This document shows, piece by piece, positions 10,715 through 21,221 of a stretch of 59,964 bases of DNA (the stretch's first letter is position 1; every line of letters starts with the position of its first letter). Under the pieces are notes generated by a model. It ran no database searches, had not been told where the DNA came from, and was given only the letters and a program-made list of their open reading frames with translations. Origin of the DNA: a virus (taxonomy: Duplodnaviria; Caudoviricetes); IMG/VR virus record IMGVR_UViG_3300031669_000026, positions 1-59,964 of that record; one strand, written 5' to 3'. Both the position numbers and the translations under genes were made by a program.

Positions 10715-11128
10715 ATGGCAAGTCCATTAGATGATTTGAAAAAATTGTTAGTTGATGGTTCAATAACTAAAGATGTTGAATACGAAGGACATACTTATAC
10801 TTTTTCAAGTTTAAATGAAGAAGAAGATGTTTGGAAAGATAGGTTTGTTCAATTGGATTCACCTTTAGCAATGGCCACTTCTAAAAGAGCACCTACTTTG
10901 GCAATAGCTTTGAGAAAATTGGATGGGATACGTGTTGAAGATTTATTTCCTGATTTTAATAATAATGCACTATTGGAAAGTGGAATAAAATTTCTTATAG
11001 CACAGACTTTGTTAGATGATTATTTTAGGAAAATGAAGAGAGAACATATTTCCGCTTTATTTGGTTTATATGTTACTGAAATAGAAAAACCAGAAAAAGA
11101 GGCAATAGTTCAAATAAAAAACTCCTAA
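10715..11128 (+). CDS. Tail assembly chaperone (gpG-like)
   Basis: Between tube and tape measure; ends in slippery heptamer A AAA AAC. Confidence 0.75.
   Translation: MASPLDDLKKLLVDGSITKDVEYEGHTYTFSSLNEEEDVWKDRFVQLDSPLAMATSKRAPTLAIALRKLDGIRVEDLFPDFNNNALLESGIKFLIAQTLLDDYFRKMKREHISALFGLYVTEIEKPEKEAIVQIKNS
11116..11122 (+). other. Programmed -1 ribosomal frameshift site (A AAA AAC)
   Basis: The -1 frame reads CTC CTA AAC GAG CCC TCT TGG AAG ATG, in frame with ORF 11146. Confidence 0.8.
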
Positions 11129-11145
11129 ACGAGCCCTCTTGGAAG

Positions 11146-11529
11146 ATGAAGTCTAATATATTGGCTTCTAAAGGGGTGCTCGTATCTGATCCAAATGTAA
11201 AGAAAATGAATAAAGCTCAATGGATTTTTGAATATGAGGGATATGTAAGAAAAAGAAAAAAATTCCTAAGAGATCTAGGATTGCTTTTGGTAGGAGAAAA
11301 AGCTCAAAAATTGGATATAGATGAGGAAATGGAATTACTTCCATTAGCGTACGTTTTGAATCCAGAAGTAATGAATGAGTATATTAAGAAAACAGAAGAA
11401 GAGGAAGAAGGTTTGAATATGAATGATGAAGAATACGAGAATATGTTGAAACGGTATGAAGAATCTGGTTATAAACTTGATGATATTGAATTGATGGAAG
11501 AAAAAAATGAACAGGAGAAAAATAAATAA
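11146..11529 (+). CDS. Tail assembly chaperone frameshift extension (gpT-like)
   Basis: In the -1 frame of the upstream chaperone; precedes the tape measure. Confidence 0.7.
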   Translation: MKSNILASKGVLVSDPNVKKMNKAQWIFEYEGYVRKRKKFLRDLGLLLVGEKAQKLDIDEEMELLPLAYVLNPEVMNEYIKKTEEEEEGLNMNDEEYENMLKRYEESGYKLDDIELMEEKNEQEKNK

Positions 11530-13563
11530 ATGTCTGATGAACAACTTCAGTTAAAATTAGAATTAGAAACTGAAACTGCAAAAAGAGAAGCCACTGAAGC
11601 TCTTGGTTCTATAGGAGAAGAAGTTAAAAATTTGGCTGAAACTTTTACTGATGTTTCTACTAAATTAGAAAGTGTGGCCGATTCTTTTAGTTTATTAAAG
11701 ACTAGAAGTGCGGCCGATTTAGAAAATGTTTCTAAAACAGTAAGAAAAACTGAAGAAGATTTTGAAGAACTTACTAATACTCAGGAACGAGGCACTCAAA
11801 AAATGGGAACAACTGGAAAGGTAATGGGTGCTGTATGGAAAGATTTGAGTTCAGGAATGGGCGCGCTTAAACAAAGATCAATGGACCTTTTAGGTTTAAG
11901 AGGATTAGCTTTGGGCGGTGTTGGAGTGACGGGAGGATTTGTAGCACTTGCTGTTGGAAGTTTTTTAACGGTAGATAAATTAGATACAGCAATTAAAAAT
12001 CTTTCTTTTGATGCCCAAGGATTGAGAGGCCAGCTTCTAGGTTTGAAAGAAACCAGGGCTGGTGATACTTTTAAATTAATGGGACATAATGTTGATGCTT
12101 TACATGAACAATTTAAAGGATTAGGGCATAAAGGCGCTGTAGAAGTAATGTCAGCTTTTGCAAAGTCTGGAATTGAAGTAAAATCCTTGTCAGATAATAC
12201 ACGAGATTTATCTGTTTCTTTTGATACCATTTTAGGACTTCCAGTAGGAACTACAATGGGAGATTGGACATCAAAAGCTAAAGAATTTGGACAGGATATT
12301 AATTTTGTATCTGATTCTATGGTGAGTATGTACGGAGATTTTGGTGCTTTTATTGAACAGGGACGAAAGGGTGCAGTAGCTGTTACTGATTTGATGAATT
12401 CTTTGGAAATGGCGGGGAGGTCTTTATCGGGATGGCATACAAATTGGCAACAAATGATAGATTTGCAACTTTTATATATTGATGGTGCTGAAAAAGCTGG
12501 TATGAGTACTGAAGGAGCGAGCCGTTCTTTCGCAGGTTTAGCTGGATCATTGGCGAATTTATCAGAAGGTAAATGGTCTTTTATTCTTAAAGATATGGAG
12601 AAAGTGGGAGCGGGTACTACGGGTGGAACAAAGGAAAGTATTGAAAGAGTGCAAGCCCATTTAGTAAAACAAACAGAGGCAATGGGAGGCGGATGGTATG
12701 GTAAAATGGAAGCTGCTATTCAGATGCCTATGACGATGGCTAAAGAAGGTTCAAAAATGAAAGCGGCGGATATAAGTACTTGGTATGGTATGTTGTTGGA
12801 ACAAATGGTACCAAAAAGTATGCGAGGAAACAAAGGTTTGGAAATGGCGTGGTTAAAGAAAGAAATGGGAATGGGACAGCAAGAGGCTAAAGCTATAACA
12901 GAAATGGCTGAATTTTATAGAAAAGAAAAAAAAGGAGAATTGACTGAAGAAGGTAAGAGTAAAAGAGATAAAACAATAACAGATATGGCAAAACAACAAA
13001 TGGAAGATAGGTTATCTGCAACAGAAAGGATAACTGCAGGAATTGCTCGTTGGTGGGTTAGAGTTGCTCCACACATTTTTTCTATGATTATGGGAGCAGT
13101 GGATCTCATTGTTAAGGCTATTGGTGTAGTAGCAGGAGAAACTGAATGGAAAGATGTTAAAGAAAGTATGGCTTTTTCATCGGCCGCTTTTGGAAAATTT
13201 ATGGATGTTACAAAAACAGAATTTAATAATCTGTTGGGCATTGGAAAAGATATTAAAGGAATAGAAGGTTTGCTACCTCCAGATTGGGGAAAAGATGAAG
13301 AAGAAGCTAAACTTTCCAGAGAAAGAGAGCTTATAAAAAAACTTTCCTCACCAGATGAACCAGGGTGGAAAAAAATTGGAATGAAAGGGAGGAATCAAAT
13401 GGAAAGAGATACTTTTGGAGTGGAAAGGGGATCATTGGCCTCAGCTACGGCAGGAGTAGTCAACGTTGTAAGAGGTAAAGAATTATTTATTAGAATTACT
13501 AAAGGACAAATGTTACAAGTATTGGGCGGGGAATCTGATGCAACAAATAAAGGAGGGGTATAA
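11530..13563 (+). CDS. Tape measure protein
   Basis: 677 aa, helical and Ala/Gly/Met-rich with hydrophobic segments; canonical position. Confidence 0.8.
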   Translation: MSDEQLQLKLELETETAKREATEALGSIGEEVKNLAETFTDVSTKLESVADSFSLLKTRSAADLENVSKTVRKTEEDFEELTNTQERGTQKMGTTGKVMGAVWKDLSSGMGALKQRSMDLLGLRGLALGGVGVTGGFVALAVGSFLTVDKLDTAIKNLSFDAQGLRGQLLGLKETRAGDTFKLMGHNVDALHEQFKGLGHKGAVEVMSAFAKSGIEVKSLSDNTRDLSVSFDTILGLPVGTTMGDWTSKAKEFGQDINFVSDSMVSMYGDFGAFIEQGRKGAVAVTDLMNSLEMAGRSLSGWHTNWQQMIDLQLLYIDGAEKAGMSTEGASRSFAGLAGSLANLSEGKWSFILKDMEKVGAGTTGGTKESIERVQAHLVKQTEAMGGGWYGKMEAAIQMPMTMAKEGSKMKAADISTWYGMLLEQMVPKSMRGNKGLEMAWLKKEMGMGQQEAKAITEMAEFYRKEKKGELTEEGKSKRDKTITDMAKQQMEDRLSATERITAGIARWWVRVAPHIFSMIMGAVDLIVKAIGVVAGETEWKDVKESMAFSSAAFGKFMDVTKTEFNNLLGIGKDIKGIEGLLPPDWGKDEEEAKLSRERELIKKLSSPDEPGWKKIGMKGRNQMERDTFGVERGSLASATAGVVNVVRGKELFIRITKGQMLQVLGGESDATNKGGV

Positions 13564-13566
13564 ACA

Positions 13567-14259
13567 ATGGATGTAGAAAAAATATTTGATTATACTTTAT
13601 GGAATCCATTGAATCCTATTGAACATTCACAGAGAATTCCTATGAAAATTTGGACCGATTTATCAGTTCATGATGGGGGAGGGGGTAAAGTACCAGGTGC
13701 TGGAGCTAATAAAAAACAAACAATGCTGGAATTATCTGTAAATCCTCAAAGCGTAGCTTTTAAACAAGTAAAAAGAATTACCAGTGATGTAGTTAGAAAA
13801 GGAAGAGTATATTATTTTTGGTCTTCGGCTCCTGGAGAACGAAATTTGGATATATTGGCTTTGACAATTGGAGGAGTATCTGGATCTATTTTGAATAGAG
13901 TGGCAAATACTCAATATCAGCAAACATTGGGAGAACAAAAAATATCAAATCCACCAGAGGGCGCTATTAATAAGAAACATCAAAAATGGATGAAATTATA
14001 TTCTATGACAAGAGAGGCAGCATATCCTTTAGAATTGAATGGAGAATTTAATTATGCATATATTGAATATGTAAGTCCAATTTTTCCTGCAGGAAAAACA
14101 ATAACTTTTAAAGGACATTTTTCTAATCCATTGGATTTTGAAGAAAATGCAGAGAGACCATTTTTAATAAATTACTCTTTTGAATTTATAGTTCATCAAA
14201 CCGATCCTTCATTGGATACTATTTTAGAAGAAGCATCAAAATTTTTATTAACTAGATAG
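13567..14259 (+). CDS. Baseplate/tail tube initiator protein
   Basis: VNPQS..FKGHF..F.E.AERPF..YSFEF pattern; follows the tape measure. Confidence 0.6.
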   Translation: MDVEKIFDYTLWNPLNPIEHSQRIPMKIWTDLSVHDGGGGKVPGAGANKKQTMLELSVNPQSVAFKQVKRITSDVVRKGRVYYFWSSAPGERNLDILALTIGGVSGSILNRVANTQYQQTLGEQKISNPPEGAINKKHQKWMKLYSMTREAAYPLELNGEFNYAYIEYVSPIFPAGKTITFKGHFSNPLDFEENAERPFLINYSFEFIVHQTDPSLDTILEEASKFLLTR

Positions 14260-14269
14260 AGGATAGAAA

Positions 14270-16075
14270 ATGGAACAAGAATTTTTTCCAGAGGGCGGAT
14301 GTGTTCGTACAGGCGAACCTTCATATAGAGTTTTTATATTTACAAAAGAAGTGACTGAGGATGTGAAAAGTGTAAACATAACATGGTCTACAATTGATTC
14401 GACTTGTTCTATTGAATTGACAAATCCTCGTGAAAAATGGATTATAACTGAAAATAATCTTAATGGAATATGGAGAGAGGATGAAAAAATAAAGAAAGCA
14501 ATTTATAAAAGAAAGAAAACATTTATAGTTACAAAAAAATCTAAAAGTACTATTAATAAAAATGAAAATCCAAAAAGTGAATCTTCTACTACTCATACTG
14601 AGGCGGGAACTTGTGTTTATGATTTATATGAAGGAGATAGTGTTATTTCTTGTGGTGATACTGTTAGAGTATATTTAAAAGATCCGTTTTCTGATTATTG
14701 GTACAGAGGATTTACAGGATATGCTTCTCCTGTAACAGATTCTTACAGCGCAGATGCAGATCATTTTATTTTAACAGTTCATTGTGAAGATACAAAAAGA
14801 TGGATAAGAGCTACAAGATTAGGATGGGGAGTTTGGGGTTCAGATAGTTCTGTTAGTTATGCAACACAGGAAGAAACAGAAAAAGCAACTGTTTCTTCTA
14901 TATGGCAGTATGTTGCACCTGGTAAATCATTGGAAGAATTAGTAGTTTGGTTAATTACTGGAAAAACTCTTGATACTTCTGTTATTGGTGATATGCAAAT
15001 AAAACCAGACAAAGAAGAGGAATTAGAATTACGTTGTGGGAATTTTACATTAGGAAAAAGATGGGTTATAAAAAATAACAAAGATGTTGAAGATGCTCAA
15101 TTATTTTTATTTAATGAATGCTTGAGAGTACAAGGAAAAGGCGCAGATGCCGAAGATCTTATTACTGAAGAAGGCAAATTTGTTACTCGTGCGGGAAGTG
15201 GAGAAAATGCAAAGAAGGTAGATGATGGAAGTCTTTATAATGTAGATGGTCAGATTCATGTAATGATTCCAGAATATTTGACATATACTGGAGAAGATGA
15301 AGAAGAAGGAGGTATTTATTTAAAACCGCATACAATGCTTCAAGAAATTGGATATAGAGACGAATATTCATCCAGACTAGGTATAATTCAAGATTGGGCA
15401 GAAACAGTAGAATTTAAATTTTATGCATTGCCAAATGGCGATGTTTTGTTAGAATTTCCACAATATGATTTTAGACCTGAAGATTATGGTAAAGCTAATG
15501 ATTCAATAACAAAAGGTAAAGAAGTTTTTAAAGTGACAAATAAAGAAATTATGGGATGGGATATTACCGAAGATGATGGAGGCATTGATACTCTTTTTGT
15601 AGTAGGAGGTTCTTTAGAACAATATTTTAAAAAAATAGGTGATTCAGCTCAATTAAGCGGGAGAATAGGAATATCTGGAAAAGAAAGTCTTACTAAAAGA
15701 TTTGGTTGGAGATGTAGAAATTTAGATGCTCCTTTAGTTACTTCAAAAGAAGGTTGTGTATTATTGGCTGAAGCACTTTTGAATAGATCATTTTCTGAAG
15801 CAAAAACAATGAATGTGGATTGTACTGCTCGATATGAAGTTTGGCCAGGAAGGCCTTATTTAGTGGAAGGAAGAAGAGTTTTAGGATATTGTACTTCTAT
15901 AGAACATACTATTGTATGGGGATCTCAATTAAAGACTAAAATAAATCTAAGCTATTTAAGGGGTTGGAATACAGAAAAAGAAGAATGGACTACAATAGGA
16001 GGAAAGTTAATAAGTGAAGAAAGACGATATTTGGATTATAGTAAATTATATTCTTCTGAGAAGAAAGGAATATAA
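14270..16075 (+). CDS. Baseplate hub protein
   Basis: CSIELTNP, FTGY, FYALPNGDV, RFGWR..R.EVWPGRP hub-like motifs; position. Confidence 0.65.
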   Translation: MEQEFFPEGGCVRTGEPSYRVFIFTKEVTEDVKSVNITWSTIDSTCSIELTNPREKWIITENNLNGIWREDEKIKKAIYKRKKTFIVTKKSKSTINKNENPKSESSTTHTEAGTCVYDLYEGDSVISCGDTVRVYLKDPFSDYWYRGFTGYASPVTDSYSADADHFILTVHCEDTKRWIRATRLGWGVWGSDSSVSYATQEETEKATVSSIWQYVAPGKSLEELVVWLITGKTLDTSVIGDMQIKPDKEEELELRCGNFTLGKRWVIKNNKDVEDAQLFLFNECLRVQGKGADAEDLITEEGKFVTRAGSGENAKKVDDGSLYNVDGQIHVMIPEYLTYTGEDEEEGGIYLKPHTMLQEIGYRDEYSSRLGIIQDWAETVEFKFYALPNGDVLLEFPQYDFRPEDYGKANDSITKGKEVFKVTNKEIMGWDITEDDGGIDTLFVVGGSLEQYFKKIGDSAQLSGRIGISGKESLTKRFGWRCRNLDAPLVTSKEGCVLLAEALLNRSFSEAKTMNVDCTARYEVWPGRPYLVEGRRVLGYCTSIEHTIVWGSQLKTKINLSYLRGWNTEKEEWTTIGGKLISEERRYLDYSKLYSSEKKGI

Positions 16076-16078
16076 CTA

Positions 16079-17518
16079 ATGAGAAATTTATCTCCAGGAG
16101 AAGCAGCAAGTTGGGAAAAAAGAGTAATAAAGGATCCTTATAATAAACTGGTTGAAGGTATTATTACTAATGTTTTTACTGATACTGGTTATGCAACGGT
16201 GAGAATTCTTCAACATGTGGGAGTAGAAAAGGATTGTCGAATCGCCTTTCAAAGTATAGGAGCTTTTTGTAATTGTAGAGTTATGCCATGTCAAGGTGAT
16301 ATGGTTTTAGTTGCATATACTAGAGGAAATAGACCAGAAATTATAGGATATGTTTCTCCGACTAAATCTAAAGTAATGAATAGTTCAGGAAAGATGGATG
16401 AAGATCAAAGCAGAGGAGGTTATTATCAATTAATAAAAGCTTCGCAAGATGGGGAAGAATGGGAAGTTGTTTCTCCAGGTGGAAATGGTAGTAAAAAACC
16501 CTGGAAACAAAAAATTGTTTTTCGAAGAATTGAACAAGGAGAATTTAATTATAAGAGCGGTGCTCCCCATTATCCAGGCGGTGCAGAAATATATGGAAAT
16601 AGAATGGGAAATTTATATTTATACGGAGGACCTGCAGTTTTAATAAAATTATTAAGAGATGCAAATGAAAATCAACAATATGCAGATTTATTTAGAAGAA
16701 GAGATAATGATTCTGGATTAGGTAGTTGTTCAATAGAAGAACGATTTGGAACAGTAAAAAGAAAAGTAGATACAATGAATATTACTTCACTTGAAGAAGA
16801 ATGGCCAATTCCAGTAGGAGGTTGGAAAGGAAGTTGGAAATCGACTACAGAATCGGCGAAAGAATATTGTTTAAAAATAAAAAGAAAAGTTGGGATGGGA
16901 AGTGCTTCAACTCATAAGAATTTGATAGAAATTAAATACGGAGATGTTATAGATAATAAAGGATTGGTCGAATATAACCCAAAAACTAAAAAAGAAGTTA
17001 GAGCCAAACTATCAGTTTTTGATGAAGATGATCAGAGTGGAAAAAATTGTACAACTTTTAAAATTGACAAAGCTGGAAATGTTTATGTAAGACAGATGTT
17101 AAAAGCGACAGATTTTTCGATAATAGGATTAGCAGCGACATTTTGGACTCAATTTAAAAATTGGACTGCTTATATAACTGAAAATAAAAAACAATATATT
17201 TTAAAAGATGATTTAAAAATGGTTGGGGGAAGTCAGACAAATATAGTTTTAAAGAAAAGCATAAATTTTATAGGTAAACAGAAAACAGATATTGTATGCG
17301 GAAAATGGGAAGTAATGGCTTTAACTGCAGAAATAAGAGCTATGTCAGTTAAACTAGGAATGGGAAGTTTTCAGAAATTAGTGAATGAGACTTTTTTAAC
17401 AAATTTATACAATACGCATACACATCCTGGTGTTTTTCCAGGGCCTAGTGTAACAGGACCTCCTATAATTCCAGGAATTCCATTGGTACATACAACAATT
17501 AATACTGAGGCGGGATAA
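16079..17518 (+). CDS. Baseplate central spike (gpV/gp5-like)
   Basis: N-terminal OB-like MPCQGDMVLV, beta-helix-like repeats, C-terminal YNTHTHPG metal-binding tip. Confidence 0.75.
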   Translation: MRNLSPGEAASWEKRVIKDPYNKLVEGIITNVFTDTGYATVRILQHVGVEKDCRIAFQSIGAFCNCRVMPCQGDMVLVAYTRGNRPEIIGYVSPTKSKVMNSSGKMDEDQSRGGYYQLIKASQDGEEWEVVSPGGNGSKKPWKQKIVFRRIEQGEFNYKSGAPHYPGGAEIYGNRMGNLYLYGGPAVLIKLLRDANENQQYADLFRRRDNDSGLGSCSIEERFGTVKRKVDTMNITSLEEEWPIPVGGWKGSWKSTTESAKEYCLKIKRKVGMGSASTHKNLIEIKYGDVIDNKGLVEYNPKTKKEVRAKLSVFDEDDQSGKNCTTFKIDKAGNVYVRQMLKATDFSIIGLAATFWTQFKNWTAYITENKKQYILKDDLKMVGGSQTNIVLKKSINFIGKQKTDIVCGKWEVMALTAEIRAMSVKLGMGSFQKLVNETFLTNLYNTHTHPGVFPGPSVTGPPIIPGIPLVHTTINTEAG

Positions 17519-17519
17519 A

Positions 17520-17993
17520 ATGGCTGGAAAACCCTTTGATGAATGTTTCTATGATTTATTACGAGCTTTGGCCGTTGATGAACTTGCAAGTTTAAAACAA
17601 TATCTTCAAGATTCTAAAGGATTGATTTCTCATGAAATAAATGATATAGGTTTTAAAATATCAAGAATTGATGATTGGCAATCAACTCTTCAAGGTGAAT
17701 TAGGTAGAATAGAGAATAAGGTTAAAAAATATGCAGATCAATACGGAGCAATGCCTTTTGCAGATTTTATTGATTGTATAGATAGTGGAAATATGGCGGA
17801 TGATATGCGGTCAATGATGGAAGGATATCTTGATAAATATTACGATTTAAAATACAATTTAATAAGTTCTACGAGTATTCAAACTTATTGGGAAAATATT
17901 GATTTATATAGAAAAGATTTAGAATCCAAAATAACAGACTATATTGAATCTATAGATAGCATTTTAGCAGAAAAACTTACAGGAGTCTTTTAA
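17520..17993 (+). CDS. Hypothetical helical baseplate-region protein
   Basis: Translationally coupled between the spike and gp25. Confidence 0.5.
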   Translation: MAGKPFDECFYDLLRALAVDELASLKQYLQDSKGLISHEINDIGFKISRIDDWQSTLQGELGRIENKVKKYADQYGAMPFADFIDCIDSGNMADDMRSMMEGYLDKYYDLKYNLISSTSIQTYWENIDLYRKDLESKITDYIESIDSILAEKLTGVF

Positions 17994-18430
17994 TGACTAA
18001 AACTTTTAAAATATCAGATATAACACGGACAGGTATTGGTGATGTTGAATTGTCCAATCAAGGACAACCAGAAATTTTGGAAAACAGGGATAAGTTGATA
18101 CAGGATATATTGGAAATATTGTTAGTAATGGAAGGTCAGCGTGATGTGCCAAGAACGTCTCCAGAATTTGGTTCTAAAATATATAAAATTTTGGGATATC
18201 CACTTCCAGCAGGAAGTTTAGAAACTTTATTGAGAGGTGCAATTGATTCTGCTATAGTGAAATTAAAAACAATGCAAGGAGAAAAAATAAATTTATCAAA
18301 AGAAGAACATATTTTTAAAATAACTTCATTACAAATTAAAAAAGAACAAAACGTGCTAGGATACAGATTTCATTTGGCTATTGATACTTATGATAAACGT
18401 GTGGTAACAATTGAAGGAACTTTAATCTAG
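17993..18430 (+). CDS. Baseplate wedge gp25/GPW-like protein
   Basis: KLIQDILEILL..PEFGSKI motif; 145 aa. Confidence 0.8.
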   Translation: MTKTFKISDITRTGIGDVELSNQGQPEILENRDKLIQDILEILLVMEGQRDVPRTSPEFGSKIYKILGYPLPAGSLETLLRGAIDSAIVKLKTMQGEKINLSKEEHIFKITSLQIKKEQNVLGYRFHLAIDTYDKRVVTIEGTLI

Positions 18431-18439
18431 GAGATTATA

Positions 18440-19846
18440 ATGGCTGTCTTAAAATATACAAGAGAAGAAATAATTGCAAGATTAAAAAAAGCTATTCAAG
18501 ATTATGATTCTAATATGGATGTTGATTACGGTCCTGTGAAGGATTTAGTAATTGATCCAATATCAGAAGAATTAAGATTGGTAAATGATAATATTTATCA
18601 TGTTCATAGAATACAATCTCTTTTAAATTCAACAGAAATGGATGACGAAGAATTGGATAGGTTAGCTTATAATTGGCAAATTGTTAGAAAAGGTGGAACT
18701 CAGTCAACAGGTACGGTATGGTTTCAATGTTCATCCCCACCTTTGTTGGATATGGAAATTCCTTTGAATACGGTAACATCAACAAGTAATAATACAAATC
18801 CAATTAAATTTGTTACTACAGAAGTTAAGGTGTTTAGAGCTTCTTATGCTGCATCCTATAAAAATGTAGCAGAAGATGTTTATGAATTGGCTGTTCCAGT
18901 AAGAGCTTTAAATCCAGGATTGAATACTAATGTTGCAGCGGGAAGTATTTCAGTTTTATCATCTAATGTTTCTTATTTTACGAATGTTGTTAATAAAGAA
19001 GTGACTGCTGGCGGGACAGATAGTGAAACAAACGCCCAATTAACACAACGATTATTAATGGCTTTAATGGGAATTGAAAGAGCTACAGTTCAGGGTTTGG
19101 AATTATGGTTTGAAGAACAAGATGGTGTTATTGATGCATCAGTAATTGATGCACAGGATCCTTTAATGACAAGATCGGAATCTGGTGCGGTTGATGTTGC
19201 AATTATAGGAACAGATTATGTAGAAACACAACAAATAGAAGTTTTTAATAGATTGAGTATAATTTTAGAAAAACAACCAGTTAAATCTGTTATTTCTATT
19301 ATAAGTTCTATTAAAGAATATAAAGAAGGAGTAGAATGGGTATTTGTACAAGATACAACTTCTGATTATGCCAAAAGTACTAGAGCACTAAGTAAAATAG
19401 AATGGAGAAGTATTGATACTCTTCCTGCAATGGGTGAAAGTGTTACAATAACTTATCAATATGATAAAAAAGTAGAAGATTTACAAGAATTGGTTGAAGA
19501 AGATGATAACAGATTTTTAGCAGATGTTTTAGTTAAAAGTGCTGATCAGATTTTCATCGAAGTAGCATTGAGGATAAAAGTGTATTCGAATTTTTCACAA
19601 CCAAACATTAGACAATCTGTAAAAGATGTTATATATGGTTTTATAAATACTTTAAAATTAGGTGAAGATGTTGAACAAAGTGATTTAGTTTTCGAAATAA
19701 GAAAGATTGCTGGAGTAGACAATGTGGAATTGCCTTTTATTCAACTTAAAATAGATGGGCCTGGAACAGGGACATCCGATATTATTATTCGGAAAGATCA
19801 ATTTGCAAGAATACAATCATCAAAGATTGAAGTTTGGTCAAGTTAA
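18440..19846 (+). CDS. Baseplate J-like protein
   Basis: LDRLAYN..RKGG..STGTVWF, GGTDSET..L..R, IAGVDNV motifs. Confidence 0.9.
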   Translation: MAVLKYTREEIIARLKKAIQDYDSNMDVDYGPVKDLVIDPISEELRLVNDNIYHVHRIQSLLNSTEMDDEELDRLAYNWQIVRKGGTQSTGTVWFQCSSPPLLDMEIPLNTVTSTSNNTNPIKFVTTEVKVFRASYAASYKNVAEDVYELAVPVRALNPGLNTNVAAGSISVLSSNVSYFTNVVNKEVTAGGTDSETNAQLTQRLLMALMGIERATVQGLELWFEEQDGVIDASVIDAQDPLMTRSESGAVDVAIIGTDYVETQQIEVFNRLSIILEKQPVKSVISIISSIKEYKEGVEWVFVQDTTSDYAKSTRALSKIEWRSIDTLPAMGESVTITYQYDKKVEDLQELVEEDDNRFLADVLVKSADQIFIEVALRIKVYSNFSQPNIRQSVKDVIYGFINTLKLGEDVEQSDLVFEIRKIAGVDNVELPFIQLKIDGPGTGTSDIIIRKDQFARIQSSKIEVWSS

Positions 19847-19860
19847 TGCGGAGATTTTAA

Positions 19861-21219
19861 ATGCCAGTACAAGAAAACAAAAGTTTTGTATGGACTCATA
19901 AAATTACTTTAAAAAATGCAGACGGATGGTTAAGATCTGAACAGGAGAGGATTATTTCCAGGATTATGGAAATATATCCTTGTAATAATTTTCATTTTAT
20001 TCAAAGATATTCTTCTCATTGTAAAGAAAATGTAGGAAATGGAAAGATAAGAGTATGGAAAACGGCTAATCAAAAAGCCAAAGGTTTGATTTCTAGATGT
20101 GAAGAAGCTCTTCTTTGGAGTACTGCAATAATTCAACCAGTGATTGCAGCAATTGCAAGAATACAACCTTCTATAATGGGAACAGCAAACATTGCACTAG
20201 GTCCACAAATATTTGGAAATGGCGATATTATTCAACCCCCAAACAAGATTGAGGGCGATGGGAGAATAAGTCCTGTAATTTCTGCAAGTGCTTTAATTTT
20301 TCCAGGAATTACTTGTACTGCAAGAATTCCTTATCAAAGATGGTCAATACCTTTAATGAAAGGGGATGCTAAAATAGTTTATACTTCTGAAAAAGTAGTA
20401 TGTGGAAACTCCAGAATAGTGTTGGGAAATTATCCGATTAACGATGCACAGGGAAATGTTAAAATAGGAAAACTTAGGGGATGTGATTTGAAAGGTGATT
20501 TGCCTTTTACTGGATGGCGTTTAACTAGAAATGGAAGCATTGAACATTTGGTGTGGTATATGAGGGGTGTTAAACAAGAAAGATGGGTGCCGAAAGTAAC
20601 GCAAATTGAAATTTGGTTTAATCCGGTTGCAGGAGATACAAATGGAGAAATATTCAGAGATACAATAGAGGATTTAATGGATTATTACACTTTTGGAAAT
20701 CGCAGAGTGGATTATATTTCAGATACAAAATTTTCAATGAAGGGCGATTATACTAATCAATTATTTAAAGGAATGAAATTGCAAATCAATTCTCCAGATT
20801 TCTGTTGTAAGTTGTTTAATGATCAAATGCAAGAATTGGCATATTTTAAATGGATGATTGATAACTTTCCTTATCAAGTAGCATTATCAAAAATAAACAG
20901 TACTAATGCATTGAAAGTAAATGCAAAAATAAATGATGATTTACATGAAGTTATAGTAATAAAATCTATTTTTAATGGAACAAATACTGTAGTGGAAGTT
21001 TCCGGAGAGGCAATTAAAGATAGCGATTGTTTAATCATGAGCTGGAGGGAAAGATTTGATAGTGTAGAAGTAGAGAAAGATTACTATCCCTTTTCTACAA
21101 ATGCACGTATACAGGCGTTTTTACGAACAACTGGAAAAATATTCTGGCTAGTAGGCCCACCAAATCTTCCTGGAAATGAAGAAGATTATGCATATAAAAT
21201 ATTGGATGTGGGAGAATAG
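19861..21219 (+). CDS. Baseplate-associated structural protein with RIQP-type repeats
   Basis: Follows baseplate J; shares repeats and a second module with the 3068 protein. Confidence 0.55.
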   Translation: MPVQENKSFVWTHKITLKNADGWLRSEQERIISRIMEIYPCNNFHFIQRYSSHCKENVGNGKIRVWKTANQKAKGLISRCEEALLWSTAIIQPVIAAIARIQPSIMGTANIALGPQIFGNGDIIQPPNKIEGDGRISPVISASALIFPGITCTARIPYQRWSIPLMKGDAKIVYTSEKVVCGNSRIVLGNYPINDAQGNVKIGKLRGCDLKGDLPFTGWRLTRNGSIEHLVWYMRGVKQERWVPKVTQIEIWFNPVAGDTNGEIFRDTIEDLMDYYTFGNRRVDYISDTKFSMKGDYTNQLFKGMKLQINSPDFCCKLFNDQMQELAYFKWMIDNFPYQVALSKINSTNALKVNAKINDDLHEVIVIKSIFNGTNTVVEVSGEAIKDSDCLIMSWRERFDSVEVEKDYYPFSTNARIQAFLRTTGKIFWLVGPPNLPGNEEDYAYKILDVGE

Positions 21220-21221
21220 GA

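Noticed and set aside
8492-19846. Bacterial extracellular contractile injection system or tailocin rather than a phage
   Set aside because: Neck genes, a homing endonuclease and a complete replication module in the same orientation indicate a phage genome.
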